From NCBI GenBank assembly GCA_046318155.1, contig JBKCUU010000047.1, positions 1 through 64,000 on the forward strand: a DNA stretch of 64,000 bases, written 5' to 3'. Position 1 is the stretch's first letter. Every line of letters begins with the position of its first letter. Source of the stretch: Bdellovibrio sp. GTDB lineage: Bacteria > Bdellovibrionota > Bdellovibrionia > Bdellovibrionales > Bdellovibrionaceae. A program made the translations under genes and the position numbers. The notes below the pieces were generated by a model, which saw only the letters and a list, made by a program, of their open reading frames with translations, was not told where the DNA came from and did no database searches. Shown here one piece after another: positions 17,906-27,704 of this stretch.

Positions 17906-19579
17906 CTACTGAAGGGGACGGAATCGGATCCTCTTAGGGGCGGCATCATCGCCCATGCGTTTTTTACGGTCTTCTTCGTACTCCGTAAAGTTTCCAGTAA
18001 AGAAGTTCACTTTCGAATCGCCTTCAAAGACCAGCAAATGCGTGCAAATGCGATCCAAGAACCAGCGATCATGCGAGATCACGACGACAGAGCCGCCAAA
18101 TTCAAGCAGCGCATCTTCAAGTGCCCGCATCGTATTGACGTCAATATCATTGGTCGGCTCATCCAGCAGGAGCAGATTACCGCCAGTTTTGAGAACTTTG
18201 GCCATGTTCACGCGGTTGCGCTCCCCGCCTGAAAGAACGCCCGTCTTTTTTTGCTGAGAGTCACCGGCAAAGTTAAACCACGAAGCGTACTGACGAGCAT
18301 TCACTTCGCGAGCACCCAACTGAATGGTCTCTTTGCCTCCCGAAAGCTCTTCATACACACTTTTATTGGGATCAAGAGTTTCACGCGATTGATCAACGTA
18401 AGCCATCTTGACCGTCTCACCGATCTTGAAGGTTCCTGAATCCGGCTTCTCGGCACCCGTCATCATGCGAAACAGGGTTGTCTTACCGACACCATTGGGT
18501 CCAACGATGCCAACGATGGCCCCGCGAGGGATCGAAAAGTTGAGATCATCGAACAAAAGCTTATCGCCGTAGGCTTTGCTTACATTTTTAGCTTCCACAA
18601 CGATTTCACCCAAGCGAGGCCCAGGTGGGATGTAGATCGAGAGCTCTTGCAGTTTTTCGGGAGTGGGCTCTTTGATCATGTTTTCGTAGTTTGAAATGCG
18701 GGCTTTTGATTTGGCCTGACGAGCACGGGGGCTCATACGGATCCACTCCAGCTCACGCTCCATCGTCTTTTGGCGGCGGTCCTGTGCGTTTTGCTCGATT
18801 TTTTGGCGGGCTTCTTTTTGCTCAAGCCATGACGAGTAATTCCCCTTCCAAGGAATGCCCTCGCCGCGATCCAGTTCTAAAATCCAGCCCGCTACATTGT
18901 CTAAGAAGTAACGATCATGCGTCACCGCTATGACGGTGCCTGGAAACTTAGCTAAAAATTGCTCCAGCCAATGGACGCTTTCTGCATCCAAATGATTCGT
19001 TGGTTCGTCCAAAAGCAAAATGTCGGGATTAGAAAGGAGCAAGCGGCACAAAGCCACCCGGCGCTTTTCACCACCGGATAAGGGGCCAATGGGCATGTCC
19101 CCGTCTGGGCAGCGAAGGGCATCCATCGCTTTTTCAATGATCTGATCCACTTCCCAGCCATTCACTGATTCGATCTTTTCCGTGAGTTCGCCTTGTTTTT
19201 CGATCAGTTTTTCCATTTGATTTGGATCCAAATCAGGATCTTCGAATTTTTTCGAAATGGCGTTGAACTCGGCCATCCACTTGGGAAGATCACCCATCCC
19301 CGCAAAAATGTTTTCTTTGACGGTCAAGTTCGCATCGAGCTCGGGCTCTTGCTGCAAATAACCGACTTTGAGTTTTTTAGCGGGAAAGGCTTCGCCTAAG
19401 AAGTCTTGGTCTGTCCCCGCCATAATTCTCAGCAAACTGGATTTACCCGATCCATTCAATCCCAAAACGCCGATCTTGGCGCCGTAAAAATACGAGAGGT
19501 AAATGTTTTTCAGGACATATCTTTGTGGGGGGTAAACTTTGCTGACACCCTTCATCGTGTAGATAATTTCGTGAGACAT
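17906..19579 (-). CDS. ettA: Energy-dependent translational throttle ABC-F protein EttA
   Basis: GAKIGVLGLNGSGKS, two ABC cassettes, ELEWIRMSPRARQAKSKAR linker. Confidence 0.96.
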   Translation of the reverse strand: MSHEIIYTMKGVSKVYPPQRYVLKNIYLSYFYGAKIGVLGLNGSGKSSLLRIMAGTDQDFLGEAFPAKKLKVGYLQQEPELDANLTVKENIFAGMGDLPKWMAEFNAISKKFEDPDLDPNQMEKLIEKQGELTEKIESVNGWEVDQIIEKAMDALRCPDGDMPIGPLSGGEKRRVALCRLLLSNPDILLLDEPTNHLDAESVHWLEQFLAKFPGTVIAVTHDRYFLDNVAGWILELDRGEGIPWKGNYSSWLEQKEARQKIEQNAQDRRQKTMERELEWIRMSPRARQAKSKARISNYENMIKEPTPEKLQELSIYIPPGPRLGEIVVEAKNVSKAYGDKLLFDDLNFSIPRGAIVGIVGPNGVGKTTLFRMMTGAEKPDSGTFKIGETVKMAYVDQSRETLDPNKSVYEELSGGKETIQLGAREVNARQYASWFNFAGDSQQKKTGVLSGGERNRVNMAKVLKTGGNLLLLDEPTNDIDVNTMRALEDALLEFGGSVVVISHDRWFLDRICTHLLVFEGDSKVNFFTGNFTEYEEDRKKRMGDDAAPKRIRFRPLQ

Positions 19580-19739
19580 GCTCATTCTCCAGTCAGTGTT
19601 GTGCAAAAACACGCGGTCTTTATTCGTGCGTGAGCGCACGAGGGAAGATCTGGTTTTGCCCTGAAGAGTTGTGCTTGTCAAACGGGGCTCAGTATCTCTA
19701 GACTTTGCCTTGGGGCTAGGCCCCGGCCAGGAAAACCTC

Positions 19740-19994
19740 ATGGATGACAGTAAGAACGACAAATCAACGCAGGCTCTACCACCACCAAACCAGTGGCAAA
19801 GCACCTGCAGCCAACTTAAGAATGCGTTTGATGCTTGGGCGGATCTCAGCCGTCAGCCTCAGGCGCTTTCGGTTGACGAGAGGCGCCTTCAAGAAATGAA
19901 GGACTTGCTCCGTGATTTAAAAGGCAAAATTGACGCTCTTTCCATGGAAGTCGAAAGCCAACAGCCCGCTCGTGATGAACAACGCGAGATTTAG
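19740..19994 (+). CDS. Small hypothetical coiled-coil protein
   Basis: 84-aa ORF with AGGA RBS and helical pattern. Confidence 0.5.
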   Translation: MDDSKNDKSTQALPPPNQWQSTCSQLKNAFDAWADLSRQPQALSVDERRLQEMKDLLRDLKGKIDALSMEVESQQPARDEQREI

Positions 19995-20010
19995 AATCCC
20001 CACAACAGTC

Positions 20011-21153
20011 TCATTGAGCACCCGAGCTTTGATTGCTCATCATGATTTTGTGCAAGGCAATACCAAGCGAGGCCCCGGTGCAGTACTCACCAAAATTTGT
20101 GGGTGCTCCGAAAATGAAAAGGTACGGTTCTCCTAAGTCAACACCGACCTTGTAGTCGAGCGGGATCTTCTCCCACGCATAGGCGTAACAGCTTGCCATC
20201 GTGGCTCCGGCCAGCGTGATATAAATGGCGTCCTTCGAATAACCTAAAAACTGCAGTGTTTGTTTTGTCATTCGAACCATGCCTCGGCCCAGCTTTTCCA
20301 TTTGGATAAAATCGTGGAAGCGATCCTCGCCAGGCAATCTTCCCATGTCGTGGTATCGGCCCCAACCGGTGCTCTGAACTCCTGCACGCAGGACGAGCGC
20401 AATCGCCGCTGCGGTTGAAGTTGGCGCGCCATTAAGCCGGGCAATCGCGGCAAAGCCTTTTTGTACAAAAAGGTCGCGTCTCTCATTTGTGCCCAAGTCG
20501 GCGTAACCACCAGCCCCACGAAATCGCCACAAAAAGCCGCCCAGGAAGGCGGACAGGGCCTGTCGGTCACTCGAGTTTAGCTCGGGATGGACGAGCTCGT
20601 GATTTTGGACACGCGACTTCGCACTCTCCTGGCCAAGCTCTCGAAGATAAAACAAAACCTCATTTGAGACTTGTTGGCGTTTGGCCATGTCAATCATTTG
20701 AGAGAGGTGCATTTTGCGAAGGGCCTTGTCGACACGAGCTTTCATCGGACTTTCTAAAAAACGAGCGGGAAAGTCCGTTTTGGCCAAAACTCGAAACACA
20801 GCCGTCATCATCTCATCGACCTCACTCATCGCGGCCAACGTAAGATCAGAATCAGGCAGCGTCCGGTACAAAAGAAGGGGGTTCTCTAAAACTTCAAGCT
20901 CACTCAAGGCGCCGGTCTGCCTTTCTTGCGACACCAGCGGCGCGCCTTCAAAAGCTTGGATCATTTGCAAGGCGTCCGAGAAAATCTGCAGACTTTGTCC
21001 TCGCTCTTGCCAGGAGACTAAGCTTGATCCCCCAGCGGGATCGACCGCAACCAGGCGCGCCCGCTGAAGCCAAGCTGGGGTCTGGGCCACGCAAGGAGCG
21101 ACGCCAAAGAAAGCGACGAAGACGACGGAGGAAAAGAAGTGACGAAGATTCAT
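20011..21153 (-). CDS. Hypothetical secreted protein
   Basis: Signal peptide MNLRHFF...CVAQ; long ORF filling the gap. Confidence 0.6.
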   Translation of the reverse strand: MNLRHFFSSVVFVAFFGVAPCVAQTPAWLQRARLVAVDPAGGSSLVSWQERGQSLQIFSDALQMIQAFEGAPLVSQERQTGALSELEVLENPLLLYRTLPDSDLTLAAMSEVDEMMTAVFRVLAKTDFPARFLESPMKARVDKALRKMHLSQMIDMAKRQQVSNEVLFYLRELGQESAKSRVQNHELVHPELNSSDRQALSAFLGGFLWRFRGAGGYADLGTNERRDLFVQKGFAAIARLNGAPTSTAAAIALVLRAGVQSTGWGRYHDMGRLPGEDRFHDFIQMEKLGRGMVRMTKQTLQFLGYSKDAIYITLAGATMASCYAYAWEKIPLDYKVGVDLGEPYLFIFGAPTNFGEYCTGASLGIALHKIMMSNQSSGAQ

Positions 21154-21259
21154 ACCCGTTAAAATTGCAAGGGCCATGCCTCCTAAAAACTGCGCCATCT
21201 CGCAAAAAAGCACAAGCAGGGTCGTGGTGACTGTAAAAGTCTTAGGCATCCAGCGATCT

Positions 21260-21595
21260 TCACCGCAGGCGGGAACCACCCCGGCAAGCAGGCGAGGCCA
21301 TCTCGAAGGTGTCTTTGACTAAGTCCCATTCGGAAGGCGTAAAAACCCGTAATGTCAAAGCGTGCAGCCCGCGGGCGCGCTCTTCGCTGAAGAGATCTTG
21401 AACCAAACGCTGCCGGTCAATACGGGACTTCCCTGCAAACACATCTGCGACTAAAATCAATCTAAAGTGAGTTTCTGAATTGGCGGGAACCGAGTGCGAG
21501 TGGCTCTCGTTTTCCAGTTCAAAATAAACCGGATCAAAAGCCACTTCGATCTTCCTTCGCATAGATTGTTCAATCGAACCAGGTGAAGTTGGCAT
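21260..21595 (-). CDS. bolA: BolA family protein
   Basis: ENESHSH, SETHF, F.GKSRIDRQRLV, GLHALTL..FTPSEW. Confidence 0.92.
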   Translation of the reverse strand: MPTSPGSIEQSMRRKIEVAFDPVYFELENESHSHSVPANSETHFRLILVADVFAGKSRIDRQRLVQDLFSEERARGLHALTLRVFTPSEWDLVKDTFEMASPACRGGSRLR

Positions 21596-22203
21596 TACTT
21601 TTTAATTTTTGAACGGACTTGCTCAAACAAACTTTGAGCTTTCATGCCGACGGTCAAAACTTGCATGGCCACTTTTTCGGTCACCGGACTTTCCATGACT
21701 TTTTTCTCGAGCTCTTTGGCTTTGAGCAAACCTTTTTGCAAAGCAAAATGCCCGAGCGGATGATCGATGGGAAGTTTTTCGAAATTGCCGTTGTTCACCC
21801 AATCCGTCGCAACCGCCTCTGCCACGTCAAAAGGTTTGGGAAGTTTCGAACGCAAAAGCTCGCTGCCAAAAAATTTGATTTCAACTTTGGGGCCTTCAGC
21901 CGCCGCCTCAAAATCACCCAATGATTTGTGTGAGTCTGATTTCGCGCTTGAAGAACCCGAACCGGCGGCAGGTTTGCCGGATTGCCGGTGGTCAATTTTT
22001 TCGTGAAGCGTGTGAGCTTCGTGCAAATCAGTCGAAGAGTTTGCTTCTGGGTGAACACCCGTTTCAACGTCGACAACTTTAACATCAGCGTTTGAACTTT
22101 CGGGCTCTTCTCGTCCCGGGCGGCGTTTCGCTCGTACGGTGTCTGTCTCAGTTTTTTCGTTTTGTTTGTTTTGTTTGTTTTTAAAGTCTTTTACTGATGG
22201 CAT
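21595..22203 (-). CDS. Hypothetical protein (disordered basic N-terminus, helical C-terminus); candidate ParA partner
   Basis: 10 nt downstream of parA; stop overlaps the bolA start. Confidence 0.65.
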   Translation of the reverse strand: MPSVKDFKNKQNKQNEKTETDTVRAKRRPGREEPESSNADVKVVDVETGVHPEANSSTDLHEAHTLHEKIDHRQSGKPAAGSGSSSAKSDSHKSLGDFEAAAEGPKVEIKFFGSELLRSKLPKPFDVAEAVATDWVNNGNFEKLPIDHPLGHFALQKGLLKAKELEKKVMESPVTEKVAMQVLTVGMKAQSLFEQVRSKIKK

Positions 22204-22213
22204 CTGTCATCCC

Positions 22214-23161
22214 CTATTTGGTGCCAAGCTCGGAGGCGGGCACATCAAAGTGTAAAAGTTCACGAGTCACAAGATCATAATCTTCTTTAGCCGAGTTCTT
22301 GGTTGAGAAAATCGTCTTGCCCGAGGCGAGGGTGTTCTTCACCTCGCTTGAGGAACGAATATAGTTCTTCATCAGCAAATCTTCAAAGAGATCTACGCAT
22401 TGACTTAAGATTTCACGACTGGCCATCTCACGCCCGTCAAAGCGAGTAAACAGGACCCGCTTTTCGAGCTTCAGATCAAACTCCTTCTCGAGGTCCTTTA
22501 AATCAGCCAAATGCTTTTGCACCCCCGACATCGAGAATTTGTCAGGATTAATAGGCAAAACCACGACGTTCGACGCGCAGGTCACGGCCGTATTGAGAAT
22601 CGAAAGACTCGGCGCCGTGTCGATCAAAATCAGGTCATAGGCGTCTGAAATCTCGCGCAAGGGCCCCTTGACCGACTGAGCCCAGTTGCGATTGGACTGC
22701 AAGAGGACCCGGTCCAAAACCGAGTTGTTCAAGCTCGATGGAATCAGATCTAAACCCTCGCCAATATTCAAAATTGCTTGCGAGGGCGTGACTTTTTTCT
22801 CGACAATATCCACCCACACCGGAAGGTTCTCGGCGTCGACTCCCAAGGCAAAAGTCAGATTTGCTTGTTGGTCAAGGTCGATCATCAGAACACGAGAGCC
22901 ATACATCGCCGCTCGCCAACCCAAGTTGAGAGCCGATGTCGTTTTGGCGACTCCGCCCTTGAGCATCTGAAAAGAAATCACCTGTTTCGGGATTCTGAAG
23001 CCCTTGAACTGAAGATAGGCCCGAACGATTTTCGGAGGCACCGAGGATTTATAAGGCGACTTTAATCCGATTTCGATGAGCTCTTGCGCGGTCTGTTCGG
23101 GCGACAAATGGACAAGGCTCGCCAAGTCTTGCAAACTCAAGTTTTCGTCTAAATGGGCCAT
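22214..23161 (-). CDS. ParA/Soj family ATPase with N-terminal HTH-like extension
   Basis: KGGVAKTT deviant Walker A, IDLDQQANLT, LIDTAPSL. Confidence 0.92.
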   Translation of the reverse strand: MAHLDENLSLQDLASLVHLSPEQTAQELIEIGLKSPYKSSVPPKIVRAYLQFKGFRIPKQVISFQMLKGGVAKTTSALNLGWRAAMYGSRVLMIDLDQQANLTFALGVDAENLPVWVDIVEKKVTPSQAILNIGEGLDLIPSSLNNSVLDRVLLQSNRNWAQSVKGPLREISDAYDLILIDTAPSLSILNTAVTCASNVVVLPINPDKFSMSGVQKHLADLKDLEKEFDLKLEKRVLFTRFDGREMASREILSQCVDLFEDLLMKNYIRSSSEVKNTLASGKTIFSTKNSAKEDYDLVTRELLHFDVPASELGTK

Positions 23162-23375
23162 TCAAATTGCCTCCCGCCATTGGCTGGGTCACAGATTGAT
23201 GTGGAACTGATTGTCCAATCGAAGCACCCGGTCTCGGCAGAATCAATCAGAATCACGGCAAAGGCTTCGCTGCAAGTTGCTAAAGTGGAGTTTTAAGTCT
23301 AGAAGGACCCTCTTTGCGAGTGTCTGTTAAGATTGTTAAGAGTGTTTTTCGATGAGGTCCATCAGGGAGTTCGAC

Positions 23376-24296
23376 GTGTCTAGATTTTTACACAAAATCA
23401 ATCGCTTTTCAAAATTTGCCCCCAAGCTCCGCCAGGAGTTTGAGCAGCGCTTTGAGGACCCCAAACAAACCAACTCGAACCGCTTCGTTTGGGATTATTG
23501 GCATGTCCCCGGCCAGTACACACTTTTACGAACCCCTGCTTACCATTATTTTACCGAAAAACTTTATGCCAACTTTCACGAATCCCTCGTGATGTGGGGA
23601 CGCAAGAACTTAGGCTGCTGGGACATCTCCCCCCCTTGGCTCAGTTGCTATGTCGAGGGGTGTAAACAAGAATTTCATTCGGATGTCCCCCATGGCGCTT
23701 GGGCCTACGTCTATTCACTCTCTCCTGAAAAACCGATCTACAGCGGCGGCGAGACCCTGATCATGAAGCCAGAGACCTTAAGCTACTGGCGCCATTTTGC
23801 TTCAAGTGCGGACCGTGAAAAATCCAGTTTCATCGAAACGGTCCCGGCGAAGTTTAACCGTTTGATCGCTTTTGATCCCCGCCTGCCCCACTCGGTTTCG
23901 GAAGTTCGTGGCACACATGATCCCCGCCATGGCCGGCTGGTCATTCACGGTTGGTTTACTCAGCCCAAAACTTACCTGGACGGCTTTCTACCCGAGAAAG
24001 CGGCCGAGAAGATTTTGAACCAAGCGACCAACGAAGTCTCGCAGCTGGTGGGCTTGTTTGACGAGAAGTCCCCTGAAGCGCAAGGCGTGCAAGGCACTCT
24101 CGCGATTGGCCTGCAAGTCAAAGCCAGCGGTCACGTCGCTTCGGTGAAGCTCATGACAAATACGTTGATCTCGCAAGATGGACTTGAACCTCGAGAATTG
24201 CAAAACGAAATCCTCAAAGTTTACCGAGAGCTTCAATTTCCAAAGGCCAAGGGTCCCACGTGGTTGACCGTTCCTTTGATTTTAGCAGCGGAGTAG
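23376..24296 (+). CDS. 2OG-Fe(II) oxygenase with C-terminal TonB-C/AgmX-like domain
   Basis: FHSD (HxD), GGET, FNRLIAFD, PHSV, RLVIHGWF. Confidence 0.8.
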   Translation: MSRFLHKINRFSKFAPKLRQEFEQRFEDPKQTNSNRFVWDYWHVPGQYTLLRTPAYHYFTEKLYANFHESLVMWGRKNLGCWDISPPWLSCYVEGCKQEFHSDVPHGAWAYVYSLSPEKPIYSGGETLIMKPETLSYWRHFASSADREKSSFIETVPAKFNRLIAFDPRLPHSVSEVRGTHDPRHGRLVIHGWFTQPKTYLDGFLPEKAAEKILNQATNEVSQLVGLFDEKSPEAQGVQGTLAIGLQVKASGHVASVKLMTNTLISQDGLEPRELQNEILKVYRELQFPKAKGPTWLTVPLILAAE

Positions 24297-24317
24297 GTCA
24301 CAAAAAGCTGCGGCTTT

Positions 24318-26342
24318 TTATTTGCTCTTGCCTTGATTGGCCGCCTTGGCATTTAAGTTCGCCATAAAATTAGCCATCAAGTTCTCGCGGGCGGCGCCCG
24401 AAACGGGACGAACGCCTTCCTCAAATGTCATGATCAAACCTTTGGGCAAACCTAAAATAAATCTCGAAGGTGAAACGGGCTTGGCCTGCCCATAGCGTTT
24501 GCGCGTTCGGCACCGAGACAAGTACAGTTTGTCTTGCGCGCGCGTGATGCCCACATAAAACAAACGCCGTTCTTCTGAAATGTCAGAGCCTAGTGTTCGG
24601 TGCGGCAGCAAGTCCTCTTCGATTCCGATCAAAAATACGATCGGAAACTCGAGCCCTTTTGAGGCATGCAAAGTCATCAAAGAAACTTCTGATTTTTTAT
24701 TGTCATCATCCTGATCATCTCGAAGCTCCATCGCATCGACGAATTCCAGCAGGGTCTTTTTGTCGCGTCCGCCTTTTTCAACAAAGCGGTCAAGAATGCG
24801 CGCCAAAATCTCGACGCCCGCCCAGCGCTTTTCACCCGACGCGGGATCTTTGGAGGTGTTCCAGACCAAATCTCGGTAACCAATCTCTTTCATGATTTCG
24901 ATAAGCTTGGCTCCCGGCATCAGCGCCACATCATTTAGCAAGCGGTCCGCCATACCCGACAAAAAGAGCAAAAGATTGTCGATCCCCTCGCCGGCTTTTT
25001 CTTGGATTCCGATTGCTTTCCATTGCCGAGCGGCTTTGACGAATCCCATTTTGTGCGTGTTCATGTACTCGACGATTTTTTCGATCGACGTGTCACCAAT
25101 TCCGCGCGCAGGAACATTCAAGATTCGGCGAAAGGCCAAATCGTGTACGGCCAAAGAGAGACGAAGGTACGCCAAGACGTCTTTGACTTCTTTCCGGTCA
25201 AACAAGGCCGTACCGCCCGAAACCGAGAACGGGATTTGCTCTTCGCGAAGTAAACCCTCAAGAACACCAGATTGCGAGTTCGAGCGGTAGAGCACGGCCA
25301 TTTCTTTGAGGGGCCGGCCCAAATCCCGGGCTTGCTTGATTTCGCGAACGACGTGCTCGGCTTCTTCTTCTTCATTTGAAAAAACAAAAAGCTCGGGCTC
25401 CCCGCCGGCTCCGCGCGAGCTCGCGGGCTTTAAGACTTTGCCGTGGCGTTTGTCATTTTGACCGATCACATGATTGGCCAGATCCAAAATTTTTGCAGTC
25501 GAGCGGTAATTGCGCTCAAGCCGAATGACTTCACAAGGTGAATAGCGTTTGGGATAATCTAAAATATTCGAGACCTCGGCCCCACGCCAGCCATAGATCG
25601 ATTGGTCATCGTCACCGACGACTGCCATATTGCGATTGGGTCCCATCAGGTGCTCGAGCAGTCTCATCTGCACTGAATTGGTATCTTGAAACTCATCAAC
25701 CATTAAATAGGGGTACTGCTTCTGCAGACGGTCTCGTAGCTCAGCGTTTTCTTTGAGCATGGCCACGGGCTTTAAAAGCAGCTCTTCAAAGTCAACGACA
25801 CCAAGGGCTCGCAGTTTTTGTTGATACTTGGGCGCCAAAGTCTCGGCCACGGCGTGATACTCATCGGAATCAGGTGAAGCGAATTTGCCGCGTTGGCGAA
25901 ACTCTTGGATCAAGTTCAAAATTCTTTCGATATCAAATTTATCTTTACCGCCGACGGTCAAATTTCGAAGCAGTTCTCGAACCACCGATTGCGAGTCACT
26001 CATGTCGATCACACCAAATTGTGCGGGCAAGCCTGCGGCCTGATGATGCTTGCGCAAAAGCTGCAGGCCAAAAGAGTGAAATGTGCCCGCCCACAAACCT
26101 TGGGCCTTAGGCCCGAGCTTGAGCGCGACTCGGTGTTTGAGTTCACGGGCGGCTTTGTTGGTAAAGGTGAGAACGCAAATTTCATCAGCTTTGACGATTG
26201 TATCGTCAATCAGACGACCGGTACGAGCGACCAGCACCGTCGTTTTGCCAGAGCCCGCGCCCGCCAAAATCAGCAGCGGTCCGTGAGAATGATTCACGGC
26301 CCGTGCCTGCTCTGGATTTAGGCCCCTGGTCCAATCCGTCAT
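24318..26342 (-). CDS. UvrD/Rep family SF1 DNA helicase
   Basis: LAGAGSGKT, TFTNKAAREL, VDEFQDTN, VGDDDQSIYGWRGA, TLHASKGLEF, EERRLFYVGITRA. Confidence 0.96.
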   Translation of the reverse strand: MTDWTRGLNPEQARAVNHSHGPLLILAGAGSGKTTVLVARTGRLIDDTIVKADEICVLTFTNKAARELKHRVALKLGPKAQGLWAGTFHSFGLQLLRKHHQAAGLPAQFGVIDMSDSQSVVRELLRNLTVGGKDKFDIERILNLIQEFRQRGKFASPDSDEYHAVAETLAPKYQQKLRALGVVDFEELLLKPVAMLKENAELRDRLQKQYPYLMVDEFQDTNSVQMRLLEHLMGPNRNMAVVGDDDQSIYGWRGAEVSNILDYPKRYSPCEVIRLERNYRSTAKILDLANHVIGQNDKRHGKVLKPASSRGAGGEPELFVFSNEEEEAEHVVREIKQARDLGRPLKEMAVLYRSNSQSGVLEGLLREEQIPFSVSGGTALFDRKEVKDVLAYLRLSLAVHDLAFRRILNVPARGIGDTSIEKIVEYMNTHKMGFVKAARQWKAIGIQEKAGEGIDNLLLFLSGMADRLLNDVALMPGAKLIEIMKEIGYRDLVWNTSKDPASGEKRWAGVEILARILDRFVEKGGRDKKTLLEFVDAMELRDDQDDDNKKSEVSLMTLHASKGLEFPIVFLIGIEEDLLPHRTLGSDISEERRLFYVGITRAQDKLYLSRCRTRKRYGQAKPVSPSRFILGLPKGLIMTFEEGVRPVSGAARENLMANFMANLNAKAANQGKSK

Positions 26343-26383
26343 ATTGATTCGCTCCTCTAGGGATCGCTTTTGATTCGTTCCGA

Positions 26384-26827
26384 TCAGGGTCGATTGTGAA
26401 CGAGGCTGCGAACTTCATCTTGAAAAACAATTTCAACCTTATCGGGGTAAGACGTTTTAACAACGCCCAATCCAAATTTGGGATGCTGGATGCGGGCCTT
26501 GAGCGGAAACTTGAGTTTCATACTGTAGGTTGCCGTTTCAGCTGTAAGTGTGTCTTGCAAAAGAGCTTGATATTCGGTCTCGTGAGCGGCGGCTCGTCCC
26601 GCAGCACCGCGAGCAGAGGGGGCACGCTTGGGTTTAGCCCCACCGCTCGTCAAATCTTTGGCTGCCGTTGAAATTTTATAGGTTTTTTTCGAGTGACAAG
26701 TTTCGCATTCGACTTTTGCAGAGGTTGCCGTCGTGTGGGCAATGACGGTGTGGTAGCGTTCTGATCCGCACTTTTTGCAGTCTGTATAAACCGATTTTGC
26801 AACTGCCGGTAATGTTTGTTCAGCCAT
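26384..26827 (-). CDS. Zinc-ribbon protein with C-terminal Tudor/SH3-like domain
   Basis: CKKC...H...CETC, then IQHPKFGLGVV...VEIVF. Confidence 0.7.
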   Translation of the reverse strand: MAEQTLPAVAKSVYTDCKKCGSERYHTVIAHTTATSAKVECETCHSKKTYKISTAAKDLTSGGAKPKRAPSARGAAGRAAAHETEYQALLQDTLTAETATYSMKLKFPLKARIQHPKFGLGVVKTSYPDKVEIVFQDEVRSLVHNRP

Positions 26828-27704
26828 GGTTCCCTTTCGCACGATAGACCTGCAGCGGGTCCGTTAGTTTTTTTGCCGCAATGTCAGAGGCGCTTAAGAA
26901 AAAAGGGCCCTCGCCCTTTTGCAGGCGCATCTGAACATCGATCATACTCGTTTCATTGGACGGATCAACCAAAAGCCCCGAAGGCTCGTAGCGCTCGAGA
27001 AAGGGATAATCCTCTTCGCGTGTGAAGAAGGACTCCCAGACTTCGGTGTTGACTTCAGAGCGGTAGGTGACCGTTTTGGCGTGCGTGTGGACGGGCGTGT
27101 AGGCCGTCAAAATTTGCATATGACCAAAATGCGAGTGCAGCTTTAAAGCCGGACTTCCCCACTGCGTGATCCCGCAGCAGGTCTCGACATTGGCATACCA
27201 TAGACCAAACGCTTTAGACAAAAAGCCCAAACCGTACAACCGGTCTTTTTCTTCGAGCAAAGTGTTGATGGCACATAAATTGTGCGCGATCCACTCGCCC
27301 TTACGCATGGTGGGGATGATGATAAACAGCGAGAGCGGCGTCCACTCGGTCTTGGAATCAACGCGCATGACTTTTTTAAAAGCTTCGGGAAGCTTGGCGG
27401 TCTTCATTGCAAAACCCGCGACAAATCCCGGCATCACGGCACAGTCATAAAACACCCAGCGAGGCATCGGCATGTTGGCTTTGCCAAAGGCCAAATTCTC
27501 GAGATGGTAAATGCTTTCGGCAAACTCAAGCTCGCCCAGCATCATGGGGTCTTTATAAATCGGCGGAAACGGAAACCAGTCCAAGCGGTGACGACTTCCA
27601 GGCGCTTGCACTTTGTTTTCGGATCTCACGTACACGTATGGGCGGATATCACCCTGAGTGACGTGTTCTTCGATCCAAGTCGCCTTCTTCAGCAATTGGT
27701 TCAT
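26820..27704 (-). CDS. Hypothetical protein
   Basis: 294-aa ORF coupled to fumC (ATGA) and overlapping the next gene. Confidence 0.7.
   Translation of the reverse strand: MNQLLKKATWIEEHVTQGDIRPYVYVRSENKVQAPGSRHRLDWFPFPPIYKDPMMLGELEFAESIYHLENLAFGKANMPMPRWVFYDCAVMPGFVAGFAMKTAKLPEAFKKVMRVDSKTEWTPLSLFIIIPTMRKGEWIAHNLCAINTLLEEKDRLYGLGFLSKAFGLWYANVETCCGITQWGSPALKLHSHFGHMQILTAYTPVHTHAKTVTYRSEVNTEVWESFFTREEDYPFLERYEPSGLLVDPSNETSMIDVQMRLQKGEGPFFLSASDIAAKKLTDPLQVYRAKGNHG

Noticed and set aside
23325..23341. TGTTAAGA direct repeat in the parA/oxygenase divergent region
   Set aside because: Only two short copies; cannot distinguish from chance or call it a parS-like site
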